This document shows positions 55,724-64,000 of a DNA stretch of 64,000 nt, in pieces. The DNA comes from a virus. Its lineage: Duplodnaviria; Heunggongvirae; Uroviricota; Caudoviricetes. The stretch's first letter is position 1. Each line of letters starts with the position of its first letter. A program made the translations under genes and the position numbers. A model generated the notes under the pieces. The model had not been told where the DNA came from and did no database searches. It was given only the letters and a program-made list of their open reading frames with translations. The stretch is from the IMG/VR virus record IMGVR_UViG_3300026549_000001, positions 122,569-186,568 of that record; one strand, written 5' to 3'.

Positions 55724-55978
55724 TCACCAAAGGGCTGTCCATATTTTAACCGCAATTTCCTTAATCCAGTTAAATACAGTAATAAATGAGGGTAGAGTAA
55801 TTCCAAAGAATGAAAGTAAGATAACAATGAGCATATACCCAATGATTATTTTCAAACAATCTTTTATTGTGTACTTTGCAAATATCATAAACAGCACACA
55901 AATCACTACAAGAATTGCCAAGTTGATAGGCATTGACAAGAGTAGATTATACATCTTATCTAATAGTCCACTAATCAT
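55724..55978 (-). CDS. membrane protein
   Basis: Two hydrophobic segments. Confidence 0.6.
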   Translation of the reverse strand: MISGLLDKMYNLLLSMPINLAILVVICVLFMIFAKYTIKDCLKIIIGYMLIVILLSFFGITLPSFITVFNWIKEIAVKIWTALW

Positions 55979-55989
55979 AAGTTCTCCTT

Positions 55990-56334
55990 TTAATTTAATA
56001 GTAAAGTTATTGTAGTAGTTATGACTACCATAAATGGAACTTTTTCTCTTGTTAAGAGAATTATTCCTATAATAAGAGGAACTATTAAGGTGTATATAGT
56101 ACCCTCTGTTATTATTAAAAATATCATCATTGGAAAAAATACTAAATCAATGTGTATTTTTTCATATAAAGCAAATCCAAATAAAATGATAGTTAATATG
56201 CAAATATGAGTTGGAAAAAAAGGTAATAGAATTATTGTATATATACTTATAAGATAAATTGGTACACTATTATATAGTAAATCTTGATATGCAATATATA
56301 ATCCTAATATACCAATTATCCAATTAATAGGCAT
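55990..56334 (-). CDS. minimal A24-like prepilin peptidase
   Basis: All-hydrophobic; first Asp motif AYQDLLYNSVP, second Asp in IHIDL, C-terminal KVPF. Confidence 0.5.
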   Translation of the reverse strand: MPINWIIGILGLYIAYQDLLYNSVPIYLISIYTIILLPFFPTHICILTIILFGFALYEKIHIDLVFFPMMIFLIITEGTIYTLIVPLIIGIILLTREKVPFMVVITTTITLLLN

Positions 56335-57358
56335 CTTTACTTTCTCCTATATATAATAGCATAGGTAACTTCGCCATTCTGATAGAAGAATCATTCATTA
56401 TGTTTCGGAATGCTTTTGCATCTTCCGTATTAAAATATCCTTTGTCCGTATACCTATATCTTCTACTTCTATTGTCAGCTAATAGTTGCTTGTGACAGGC
56501 TTCAACCCGTTCAAACATTTCCTTTTGATTTTGTTCGGAGAAGTCCATCTCACACCATTTTTCATTGTGATTTCCACTTGGGAACATAAGATATGCGCCT
56601 TTAACATCAACACCTAATTCTTGTTCTATTCCCCACTTATAGAGAATCATTGAACCAAGATAGCCGTCAAAGGTTGCTGAATCTGTTCTTGGTCTACCCG
56701 TCTTATAATCAATGATATATACTCCATCATCCCGATAATCTAACCTATCTGCTACATAAGATATATCACAGGGAAGGGTTTTAGTTACACCATCAAATGT
56801 TTTAGTTATGTATTTGGCTTTACCATATTTTTCAACATCACAAGTTAGAGTAGTATCATCCATTTCACCACCCTTATAATCTTTGGACACCATATAGCCA
56901 CACACAAGGTCAAGCATTCTTTCCTCGTCTTGCCCTTCTGTGAGTGTTTGTTTAGTTATATCTATAAGTTTTTCTCTATTTCGTTCTTCGGGTGGTAGAG
57001 AATAATATATCTCCATAATCTTGTGAAAAGTTGTACCTATTGCTGTGGAATCGTTTACATCTTCTTCAAAGCAATTTGCAACAACATGAAGTGCGGGGTT
57101 AGTCATATACCCTTTAATAAATGACGGGCTAAAATATGAGCCGCAGAATCTATTCAAAAGTGCTTGTAATGAATAGCCATACATAGACTTATCTAAAAAG
57201 GTATAATTCTTTTGATATTTTCTATTATAATCCGCAATTATTTTTTCTGTGGCTTCTCGTACATCAAGGAAAAATTTACCCGCATCAATTTGTTCATTAT
57301 CAATCTTTGCTACAAAAGTAGAAAGATAGTTCTTCCCATTCTTCGTAATAATTTCCAT
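56324..57358 (-). CDS. PD-(D/E)XK nuclease (RecB/AddB-like)
   Basis: GTTFHKIME, ADRLD, IIDYKTG, MILY. Confidence 0.85.
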   Translation of the reverse strand: MEIITKNGKNYLSTFVAKIDNEQIDAGKFFLDVREATEKIIADYNRKYQKNYTFLDKSMYGYSLQALLNRFCGSYFSPSFIKGYMTNPALHVVANCFEEDVNDSTAIGTTFHKIMEIYYSLPPEERNREKLIDITKQTLTEGQDEERMLDLVCGYMVSKDYKGGEMDDTTLTCDVEKYGKAKYITKTFDGVTKTLPCDISYVADRLDYRDDGVYIIDYKTGRPRTDSATFDGYLGSMILYKWGIEQELGVDVKGAYLMFPSGNHNEKWCEMDFSEQNQKEMFERVEACHKQLLADNRSRRYRYTDKGYFNTEDAKAFRNIMNDSSIRMAKLPMLLYIGESKDAY

Positions 57359-57369
57359 TCTTATATGCT

Positions 57370-57912
57370 TTATTCTCCAATATATAGTCCAACATATTTG
57401 CCCTTATCTTCTACTACATAAATTCCTTTTGCAAGGGTTTCTATCCTTGTATCTTTTGCAGTTAGATTAACTTTAGGTAGTTTTTTCGGCAACTCGATTT
57501 TCTTCTTTTTATTAGCGATATGGCGCAACAAAATAGTTCTATCTATTAAATAATATCCATCTTTTGTTTCCATAGGTACTATTCCATACTTGTCCACAAT
57601 AGGAATAATATTAGCTATGGTTTCATTTGGAGCAATAGCTTTAATTCTTTTTAGTTCATCTTTTACAGTGTGAGACTTTCTTCTAATTGCTTCGGTAAGT
57701 TTTGTAAGAAATGCTATTTGTTCTTTGGTTGCCTGTAGAAATGTAGAATCATTATGTGAAAGATAATTTCTCATAATTCGGCAAACTTTTAATTGTTCTT
57801 GTTCTGTGCCTTGTAATGAATTCTCATAATCAAGAACAGACTTTTCTTCGTATTTTAATTCGCCCTCTAATGCTTTATAAGCATCTAAAAAGGCTATGTT
57901 ATCTTTATTCAT
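57370..57912 (-). CDS. HEPN-like domain plus CBS-like domain protein
   Basis: FLDAYKALE...MRNYLSH (RxxxxH) followed by a CBS-like segment. Confidence 0.5.
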   Translation of the reverse strand: MNKDNIAFLDAYKALEGELKYEEKSVLDYENSLQGTEQEQLKVCRIMRNYLSHNDSTFLQATKEQIAFLTKLTEAIRRKSHTVKDELKRIKAIAPNETIANIIPIVDKYGIVPMETKDGYYLIDRTILLRHIANKKKKIELPKKLPKVNLTAKDTRIETLAKGIYVVEDKGKYVGLYIGE

Positions 57913-57927
57913 ATAGTTTCCTTTATA

Positions 57928-58299
57928 TTAAAACGACCAATGTTTATAACGCTTTGGTTCGTCAATTTTATTATATTTTTTCGTAGTTCTATCAAACTGG
58001 AAAAGGAGTCTGCTTTCTGGTGTGGAATAATTATAAAGACCACTTTCGCGCTTTACTATCCACACATACATATAACAGCCACCATCTGCAATATCACACA
58101 CATTGTTTTCTACCGTGCGTACAGCATCATCTAATGAAAAATAATGTCCTATCTTTTCTGTGTATGCGGGGAATGTAGAATTTACAGTATCAAACAATTG
58201 TTCTGCTTGTAGAATTTCATATATTGGAAAACTTTTTAGTTCTTCCTTATGTTGTGCATAGAAATCTTTCTGTTCTTTTGTTAAATCCATTTCAGTCAT
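57928..58299 (-). CDS. hypothetical protein
   Basis: ORF track. Confidence 0.55.
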   Translation of the reverse strand: MTEMDLTKEQKDFYAQHKEELKSFPIYEILQAEQLFDTVNSTFPAYTEKIGHYFSLDDAVRTVENNVCDIADGGCYMYVWIVKRESGLYNYSTPESRLLFQFDRTTKKYNKIDEPKRYKHWSF

Positions 58300-58307
58300 A
58301 AATTACC

Positions 58308-58874
58308 TCATTGATTCGTAAAATTGTGTTTTGCTCGGAGCATTGCAAATAACATTTCTGTTATAGCTTTTGTTCTATGTCCTCTATGGCAAGGAAGAAT
58401 TTTATAAAACTTCCAATGTAAACAATCCTCTATGGCTGTTGGTGATTCCATCTCGCGTATAATTTCGTTGGTATTTCGACAATCTATCCAATTTGGAATA
58501 AGCACCATTATACCGAAACTGCTATTTGAATGTGGAAAATTCTCTTTTATATATTTTGTGAGTTTACCACTACTAATATCTGTTAGAAGTGTTTTATATG
58601 TTTCCATAGTACAACAGATATAGTTTTGCTCTCCATAAAAGTTTAATCCATTTCCGCTATACACATCTTCTTTACAGGATTTTATTTCATAACAAGTAAA
58701 TTCACCTTTTTCAATATCACAGGCAAAAGTTGTACCCTTTGGATTAAATGAAACAACATCTATTCTTTTAGGGTGAGTTGTTCCCCAATCTAATGTTACT
58801 TCTTTTGCGTAATATGGAAGTTCTCTTATAAGGGTGTCTGTAAGAAGTGTGGTAATTTCTTTTCTATTTGCCAT
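58308..58874 (-). CDS. MmcB-like PD-(D/E)XK nuclease-fold protein
   Basis: RIDVV, YEIKSCKEDVYSGNGLNFYGEQNY. Confidence 0.65.
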   Translation of the reverse strand: MANRKEITTLLTDTLIRELPYYAKEVTLDWGTTHPKRIDVVSFNPKGTTFACDIEKGEFTCYEIKSCKEDVYSGNGLNFYGEQNYICCTMETYKTLLTDISSGKLTKYIKENFPHSNSSFGIMVLIPNWIDCRNTNEIIREMESPTAIEDCLHWKFYKILPCHRGHRTKAITEMLFAMLRAKHNFTNQ

Positions 58875-58892
58875 ATAACGAATTACCTCTTA

Positions 58893-59093
58893 TTAGAATT
58901 TAATATCACTCTCTGATTCTGACTTGGCAACCTTGTTAATAAAGTGTCTATCAATATGACATCCAACTATATTTCCTACCTTGTCCTCATATTGAAAATC
59001 GCTATCCCACCCGTCTCCAAATAGTATACAACTCTCTCCTTCATCACTCTCGTTGTTCCATTTTATGTATAGTGGACAATTATTACATTTCAT
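58893..59093 (-). CDS. small Cys-containing hypothetical protein
   Basis: ORF track. Confidence 0.5.
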   Translation of the reverse strand: MKCNNCPLYIKWNNESDEGESCILFGDGWDSDFQYEDKVGNIVGCHIDRHFINKVAKSESESDIKF

Positions 59094-59221
59094 ATATTGC
59101 TCCTTCTTTTAGTTTCATTCTTGCACAATTATAACATGAGTATAGGGATTTTGTCAATAGCTTTTTTCTTTTCCCTTATTATTAAATAGTATAATTTTTA
59201 ACCATTAATGGTTTGAAATAA

Positions 59222-59425
59222 CTAATAGAAACAACCCACATTAGTTTTTTGTGGGTTGTTTTGTGTACCGTGTTCAATATAACTACTATAATTGGTTAAA
59301 TAGTTTTGAGCATTTCCTTTATTACCATTAGAGGAAGAATATACATTCGCATAGGTGGAACAACTATTATTTATCCTGTTGACTGCCCTTAAAAAAAGTT
59401 TCCTAATTCTCTGTGATGTCGTCAT
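59222..59425 (-). CDS. hypothetical protein
   Basis: Start reassigned to MTTSQ after GAGAGG. Confidence 0.4.
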   Translation of the reverse strand: MTTSQRIRKLFLRAVNRINNSCSTYANVYSSSNGNKGNAQNYLTNYSSYIEHGTQNNPQKTNVGCFY

Positions 59426-59441
59426 AATATCCTCTCTTTCA

Positions 59442-59720
59442 TTATGTGAAGTTGAAAGTATTTTTAATGCACACATCCTTCGGTTTTTCTAAAAACAATT
59501 TTATTCCAATATCGGTGTTAGAAAAATTCGTAGTGGATTTATAATCTCTGAATTGATAACTTTGATTATATGTTACACGATAAGACTGTTTCCATTCACC
59601 CTTCTTATTACAAGAAATACTAATACTGCTTATTTCTCCAACATATATATCTTGTTTATTGATATAATGAAAATATACCACATCTCCAACGGTTACAGGG
59701 CAAGAAATTGTTTGTTTCAT
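59442..59720 (-). CDS. hypothetical protein
   Basis: ORF track. Confidence 0.55.
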   Translation of the reverse strand: MKQTISCPVTVGDVVYFHYINKQDIYVGEISSISISCNKKGEWKQSYRVTYNQSYQFRDYKSTTNFSNTDIGIKLFLEKPKDVCIKNTFNFT

Positions 59721-59730
59721 ATTATACCTC

Positions 59731-60483
59731 TTATATATTAGTTAATCTATTTTGAGCAATGTCTATATATTCAGGAGAGATTTCAAATCCTATATAGTTT
59801 CTGCTATACATTTTACACGCCACCGCAGTTGTACCACTTCCCATAAAGGGGTCTAATACTGTTGCATTTTTATAAGAGAACATTTTTAGACACCTTTTTG
59901 CTAATTCAACAGGGAACATAGCGGGATGTCCTATTACTTTTTGATTTCTCTCTGGAGCAAATGTCCATAATGAGTTTGTCCATTGAATAAACTCTTCTTT
60001 TTCTAAATCTGATTCACCCTTATAGGATAGTTTCTTACTTCCCTTACAAAATACAAGTATATATTCAAAGGGAGTTGGAAAACTTGGAGAACTTGGAGAA
60101 CAAAAACTTCCCCAAGCAGTTCTACTACCACAAGAATTTTTATTCCATACAATAGTTGTCATAGGAATATATTTTTTACTCATAAACTGAATAATATCTG
60201 AATGTGTTGGTACTGCTCCGTTTTTCCCGTCACCAATGTTTATACAAATTCTCCCGCCATCTTTCATTTTAGGATATAAACCATTAACAAAAATATCTTC
60301 TAACCATTGTATATATTCTTTATGGTCTTTATTATCATTATATAGATTATATGGGTTCTTGTTAAATTTATTATTTCCTAAATCTACATTATACGGGGGA
60401 GAAGTTATAACAAGGTCAATAGAATTATCAGGAAGTTCTTTTATACCTAATAAACAATCTTTATTGTATATCTTATTTAACAT
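59731..60483 (-). CDS. orphan N4-C/N6-A DNA methyltransferase (beta class)
   Basis: ITSPPY, HPAMFP, LDPFMGSGTT. Confidence 0.9.
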   Translation of the reverse strand: MLNKIYNKDCLLGIKELPDNSIDLVITSPPYNVDLGNNKFNKNPYNLYNDNKDHKEYIQWLEDIFVNGLYPKMKDGGRICINIGDGKNGAVPTHSDIIQFMSKKYIPMTTIVWNKNSCGSRTAWGSFCSPSSPSFPTPFEYILVFCKGSKKLSYKGESDLEKEEFIQWTNSLWTFAPERNQKVIGHPAMFPVELAKRCLKMFSYKNATVLDPFMGSGTTAVACKMYSRNYIGFEISPEYIDIAQNRLTNI

Positions 60484-61264
60484 TTGGAATATTCTCCCTA
60501 ATATATAAATATAATCTTGCTACACTAATCTTTTTCATTGATATACTTTGCACATAGCTTCTTATTTTATCATAAGATAAGATTTCAATTAATTTATTGA
60601 CAAGGGATTTATCTTTACAATAGAAATATACTTCCTGTGCATATTCTCCTACATATTTTGGAACTTTACCTAATGTACCATTTCCCCAATTACACATTGC
60701 ATAATCATATCCTAATGGTACATCTATTGTTGTTCCTCTCCTATATTCTCTTATTTGTATATCGTCTAATTTAACATTTGGTTTTGAATTTAACGAACCG
60801 TTTTCAGGACGGCGGTATATATTAAAAACACAATGTAATGTTACTCCACTATAATCTGCAACACCCAAATCTTCCGAACAAACAAGGTCAAATTTATAAA
60901 ACTGCAAATTATTATTGAGTTGACTAATAGGAAGTATAAAGGCTATGTAATCTCCATACAAGCAACACTTCTCATAAAACTTTCTTGCAAGATGGAGACT
61001 ATTTCCAAATGGAGGGTTGCCTATAAATAATCTTCCCTTCTTATAGGTTAATGGTTGAGTTAGAAAATTCGACTTAATAATATTCTCGGCTTGTGGGTTA
61101 ATATCATAAGCAGTACATTCTAAATAATTAGAGAAAGCTCCGTTTCCCGCAGATGGTTCAATTATATCTGTTATATTTTCCTTACCAATTATTTCAAAGG
61201 TTAGGTCACATAATCTATGCGCTATTTCTATGGGTGTATAATAGCTGTCATTTATTAATTTCAT
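60473..61264 (-). CDS. orphan N6-adenine DNA methyltransferase (gamma-like motif order)
   Basis: IEPSAGNGAF followed by GNPPFG. Confidence 0.85.
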   Translation of the reverse strand: MKLINDSYYTPIEIAHRLCDLTFEIIGKENITDIIEPSAGNGAFSNYLECTAYDINPQAENIIKSNFLTQPLTYKKGRLFIGNPPFGNSLHLARKFYEKCCLYGDYIAFILPISQLNNNLQFYKFDLVCSEDLGVADYSGVTLHCVFNIYRRPENGSLNSKPNVKLDDIQIREYRRGTTIDVPLGYDYAMCNWGNGTLGKVPKYVGEYAQEVYFYCKDKSLVNKLIEILSYDKIRSYVQSISMKKISVARLYLYIRENIPNVK

Positions 61265-61753
61265 TTAGTTCGACCAATGGTATACCCCCTCATCATCAAC
61301 ACAGGATTCTATATAAGTTCCTTCAGGTAATAGTCCTTCACTTATATATTTATTTACAAGTTGTGTAGCTTCTTTTAAAAACCAATCATTGTCAAACTTA
61401 ACACTTATCTGTTCAGGGTAATCATCTTCTTCATAAGATGGCGGCGAATAATAATCATAATCATATTCGACACCTTCTATTGTGTATTTAGCACAATATA
61501 CATCAGTAAGATTAATGTGGGTAGTGTCAAGAAAGTTTTTTACTCCTATCTTCACAGCATCACCTTTTCTATCTAACTCAATCCAGTCATATTCTCCACA
61601 GTCATATTCCATACTGTCCCAAAACAGATTATCCATATCTTCTTGTATTCGCTTCATAAATTGCTCCGATACGGGGTAATCTCTACAAGGGATTTCAATA
61701 TACGCTCCTAAATCTACGGTTACTTCTATATCATAGTTGTATTCTGTTCCCAT
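61265..61753 (-). CDS. acidic hypothetical protein
   Basis: ORF track. Confidence 0.6.
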   Translation of the reverse strand: MGTEYNYDIEVTVDLGAYIEIPCRDYPVSEQFMKRIQEDMDNLFWDSMEYDCGEYDWIELDRKGDAVKIGVKNFLDTTHINLTDVYCAKYTIEGVEYDYDYYSPPSYEEDDYPEQISVKFDNDWFLKEATQLVNKYISEGLLPEGTYIESCVDDEGVYHWSN

Positions 61754-61766
61754 AATGTTCTCCTAT

Positions 61767-62477
61767 TTATTCATTCAATATTCTTGTTTGTGCAATATTA
61801 AAATAATTATTATCTATTTCAATTCCTATAAATTCCCTATTGGTATGTTTACAAGCAACTCCTGTACTTCCACTACCCATACAATTATCTAATACAATGT
61901 CACCCTCATTAGAATAGGTTTTAATTAGCCATTCTAATAACGCGACAGGTTTTTCTGTTCTATGATGTGCTACACTTGCATGGGGTTTAGAGAATTTTAA
62001 AATTGTGGTAGGATATTTCAGTCCGTCCATTTTGGATTCTACCCATCCGAATTCTCCATAATTATTATTTGCAGTTGATTTAGGTTTGCCTTTACTATGG
62101 TTAGGCTTTCCTATTGTCATTTGGGGATTATATGTTATTTTACCTTTACCAAAAACAACAATATGTTCGTGCTGTCGTAGCGGCATTTTTTTAGCATTAA
62201 GAAAACCGCTTGTTAATACTTTATCCCATACGAGGTCATATTTGTACCAAGCACGATTGCTGTTAATTAGGTCAACAAGAAATATACCTTGTGCAAATAA
62301 TACTATTGCTCCATTTGGCTTTATTAGCCTTTGATATTGTTCCCATAATTTATCAAATGGAATAACTATATCAGTTTTATTTTTAGTTACTCCATAAGGT
62401 AAATCACACAATATTAAATCAATAGAATTAGAGGGAAGTTCTTTCATTCCCTCAATAGTGTCCATATTCTTTAGCAT
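61767..62477 (-). CDS. orphan amino-DNA methyltransferase (beta class)
   Basis: LCDLPYG, HRTEKP, LDNCMGSGST. Confidence 0.9.
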   Translation of the reverse strand: MLKNMDTIEGMKELPSNSIDLILCDLPYGVTKNKTDIVIPFDKLWEQYQRLIKPNGAIVLFAQGIFLVDLINSNRAWYKYDLVWDKVLTSGFLNAKKMPLRQHEHIVVFGKGKITYNPQMTIGKPNHSKGKPKSTANNNYGEFGWVESKMDGLKYPTTILKFSKPHASVAHHRTEKPVALLEWLIKTYSNEGDIVLDNCMGSGSTGVACKHTNREFIGIEIDNNYFNIAQTRILNE

Positions 62478-62828
62478 TTAGGCAACCTCACGATATAGAG
62501 CGGTTGCAAATTCATCTGCGTTAATATCGGGAGAAATAATTTCGGCATACATTTCAAGAGTGCCACAATACCTATTATAACAAAAGTAATCACATTCTCC
62601 AATTGTGACAACCTTATCAGTTGGCATCGTTTCTATGTGCTTAAAGCGTGGTGAAATAAGATGTTCTCCATTTTCATCAGAATCAAATACCAAGTCACGC
62701 CCATTTGACAGCCAATTTGTTTTGTCCGACTTGTTCCAATTTTCAACCTTTACAATAAACTCAATGGGCTTTCCATTAAGAACAGCCGTATAATGATTAG
62801 GTGCATCTTTTGTAATGAACTTACACAT
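62478..62828 (-). CDS. hypothetical protein
   Basis: ORF track. Confidence 0.55.
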   Translation of the reverse strand: MCKFITKDAPNHYTAVLNGKPIEFIVKVENWNKSDKTNWLSNGRDLVFDSDENGEHLISPRFKHIETMPTDKVVTIGECDYFCYNRYCGTLEMYAEIISPDINADEFATALYREVA

Positions 62829-62830
62829 CG

Positions 62831-63013
62831 TTATTTCTCCTTTGTAATATATTTATCACAGATTAACGCAATTATCAGGAACAGCATTACACCGCTCCCA
62901 CTTGCAATAAGCAACCAAACATTCCCCGTTTTGAATACAGAAAATGCCGCCATATAGGTTACTGCAACCAAGATAAATGATAATAGATAACAAATGCTTT
63001 GTAATAGTTTCAT
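62831..63013 (-). CDS. small 2-TM membrane protein
   Basis: Hydrophobic. Confidence 0.55.
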   Translation of the reverse strand: MKLLQSICYLLSFILVAVTYMAAFSVFKTGNVWLLIASGSGVMLFLIIALICDKYITKEK

Positions 63014-63019
63014 ACTTTA

Positions 63020-63802
63020 TTATTCTCTGAACGCAAAATGTTTAATATAGCTTCTATCAGCAGTAAAGATGGGAATATTTTTATCTATATCCCACTTATT
63101 ACGAACTGCCATTCCTTTTGATGTTTCTACTTCTGTGGGGATTTTGATGCAACAACTTCCCCTCTTAAACGCTTCGGGATAATCATTGAAGTTAATTCCC
63201 TTTTGGAAAAGCAACTCCTGTAATTCATTGCCATCTTTATTTTGAACTTCTTTATGTGAATAGTATGTTCTTGCCGCCATTTGTACGGCATTTCGAGTAC
63301 AATCCTGTTGTCTCCATATAAAGTAGTTTTCAACCTCATACATAGGCATATTGTAGGCTCTGCTATCAAAGAGTGCCGCTTGATTAAGAGCGTTCATGTG
63401 TTTATAATAATAGCTTTCCTCTTCAATAGAATATTGGTATTTTAACTGTTCTTCTCTAAAGAACATATTAAATGCCCATGTAGCCATACTTGCTGTAATA
63501 GAAGTAATCTTTTGCAATTTGTTGTCAAACCACGGCTCTGCAAAGGGATTACTATTCCAAATTACAAGAGAGATTTCATCGGACTGGGTATAACCAAGAA
63601 CACAACCTTCAATGTGTTCACACAAATATTTCATTGTGCGTTGCATAGCGTTCATAAGAACCTTATCATAGGGTTTCATGAACCCTCTTGTAAAAGTATG
63701 GAACGCTTTACCGTCTATTCTCACAAGAACAGGAATACGGTTAATAAGCCGTACATCTGTAACTCTTTCATACTCCTTCATTCGTTCTCCCAAATTGTTC
63801 AT
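63020..63802 (-). CDS. Thg1-like protein (tRNA-His guanylyltransferase family, 3'-5' polymerase)
   Basis: RMKEYE, VRIDGKAFHTFT, YTQSDEISL, FDSR, YFIWRQQDCTRN. Confidence 0.92.
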   Translation of the reverse strand: MNNLGERMKEYERVTDVRLINRIPVLVRIDGKAFHTFTRGFMKPYDKVLMNAMQRTMKYLCEHIEGCVLGYTQSDEISLVIWNSNPFAEPWFDNKLQKITSITASMATWAFNMFFREEQLKYQYSIEEESYYYKHMNALNQAALFDSRAYNMPMYEVENYFIWRQQDCTRNAVQMAARTYYSHKEVQNKDGNELQELLFQKGINFNDYPEAFKRGSCCIKIPTEVETSKGMAVRNKWDIDKNIPIFTADRSYIKHFAFRE

Positions 63803-63817
63803 TGGTTATATATCTCC

Positions 63818-64000
63818 TTAATCCAATAGTGATACATCATAATTAGCGTGATAGCCTTCCGTAATTAATTTGTTTACATCATATCCACTTTTGTATATAT
63901 TAGGAAGTGTTGCTGATTCTGAAACAACAATATGAATAGTACCATACTGCTGATATTCACTTGATGAAACAACCTCCCATTCTACATTATTTTCCTTAAT
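63818..64000 (-). CDS. hypothetical protein, C-terminal 60 aa (partial)
   Basis: Open frame from the window edge to TAA at 63818. Confidence 0.5.
   Translation of the reverse strand: MKENNVEWEVVSSSEYQQYGTIHIVVSESATLPNIYKSGYDVNKLITEGYHANYDVSLLD

Noticed and set aside
56324-57358. Cas4 or CRISPR adaptation gene
   Set aside because: No four-Cys Fe-S pattern and no cas genes or array nearby; a generic RecB-like nuclease.
58308-61264. R-M system (nuclease plus adjacent MTases)
   Set aside because: The nuclease-fold ORF is MmcB-like and is separated from the MTases by other ORFs; no evidence of cognate pairing.
1-64000. Stop-codon recoding as the cause of the split genes
   Set aside because: Standard-code ORFs tile the window densely; the truncated ligA-N and VirB4-like ORFs end in TAA and are followed by other genes or more stops.
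1-64000. tRNA, rRNA genes and CRISPR arrays
   Set aside because: No T-loop GTTCGA/TCGAAC cloverleafs or repeat-spacer arrays seen by eye; tRNAscan-SE would be needed to exclude them fully.

Overview
This is an AT-rich, gene-dense segment, almost all on the minus strand, from a large phage or phage-like extrachromosomal element. Many near-consensus TTGACA-17-TATAAT promoters and the gene families suggest a Bacillota (gut Clostridia-like) host. There are no virion structural genes, tRNAs or CRISPR arrays in the window, so phage versus megaplasmid cannot be settled here. DNA metabolism genes: SbcCD, SSB, Holliday-junction resolvase, a three-gene bacterial-type clamp loader (DnaX/delta-prime/delta), SNF2-like helicase, a divergent PolA-fold/wHTH protein beside a probable origin, an NAD-dependent ligase split into two genes 5.5 kb apart, and four orphan DNA MTases. 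RNA-repair genes: Pnk-HD, Rnl1-type ligase, DUF2828/TROVE-vWA and Thg1, plus an ArfA-like 56-aa ORF missed by the track. Pilus/conjugation-like genes: a PilT/DotB ATPase with a class-3-type intein starting with Glu, a TcpE-like protein, a VirB4 N-terminal half and an A24-like prepilin peptidase. There are also several families of small paralogues. The most unusual signals are (i) an intact TnpB whose putative guide position matches, in inverted orientation, 21 nt of the gene directly upstream, (ii) an orphan IscB-type omegaRNA-like scaffold with no IscB, (iii) stem+ACAGCAA hairpins of matching geometry on both sides of the DUF2828 gene, and (iv) the split LigA. All family calls are by eye from motifs; no database search was run.
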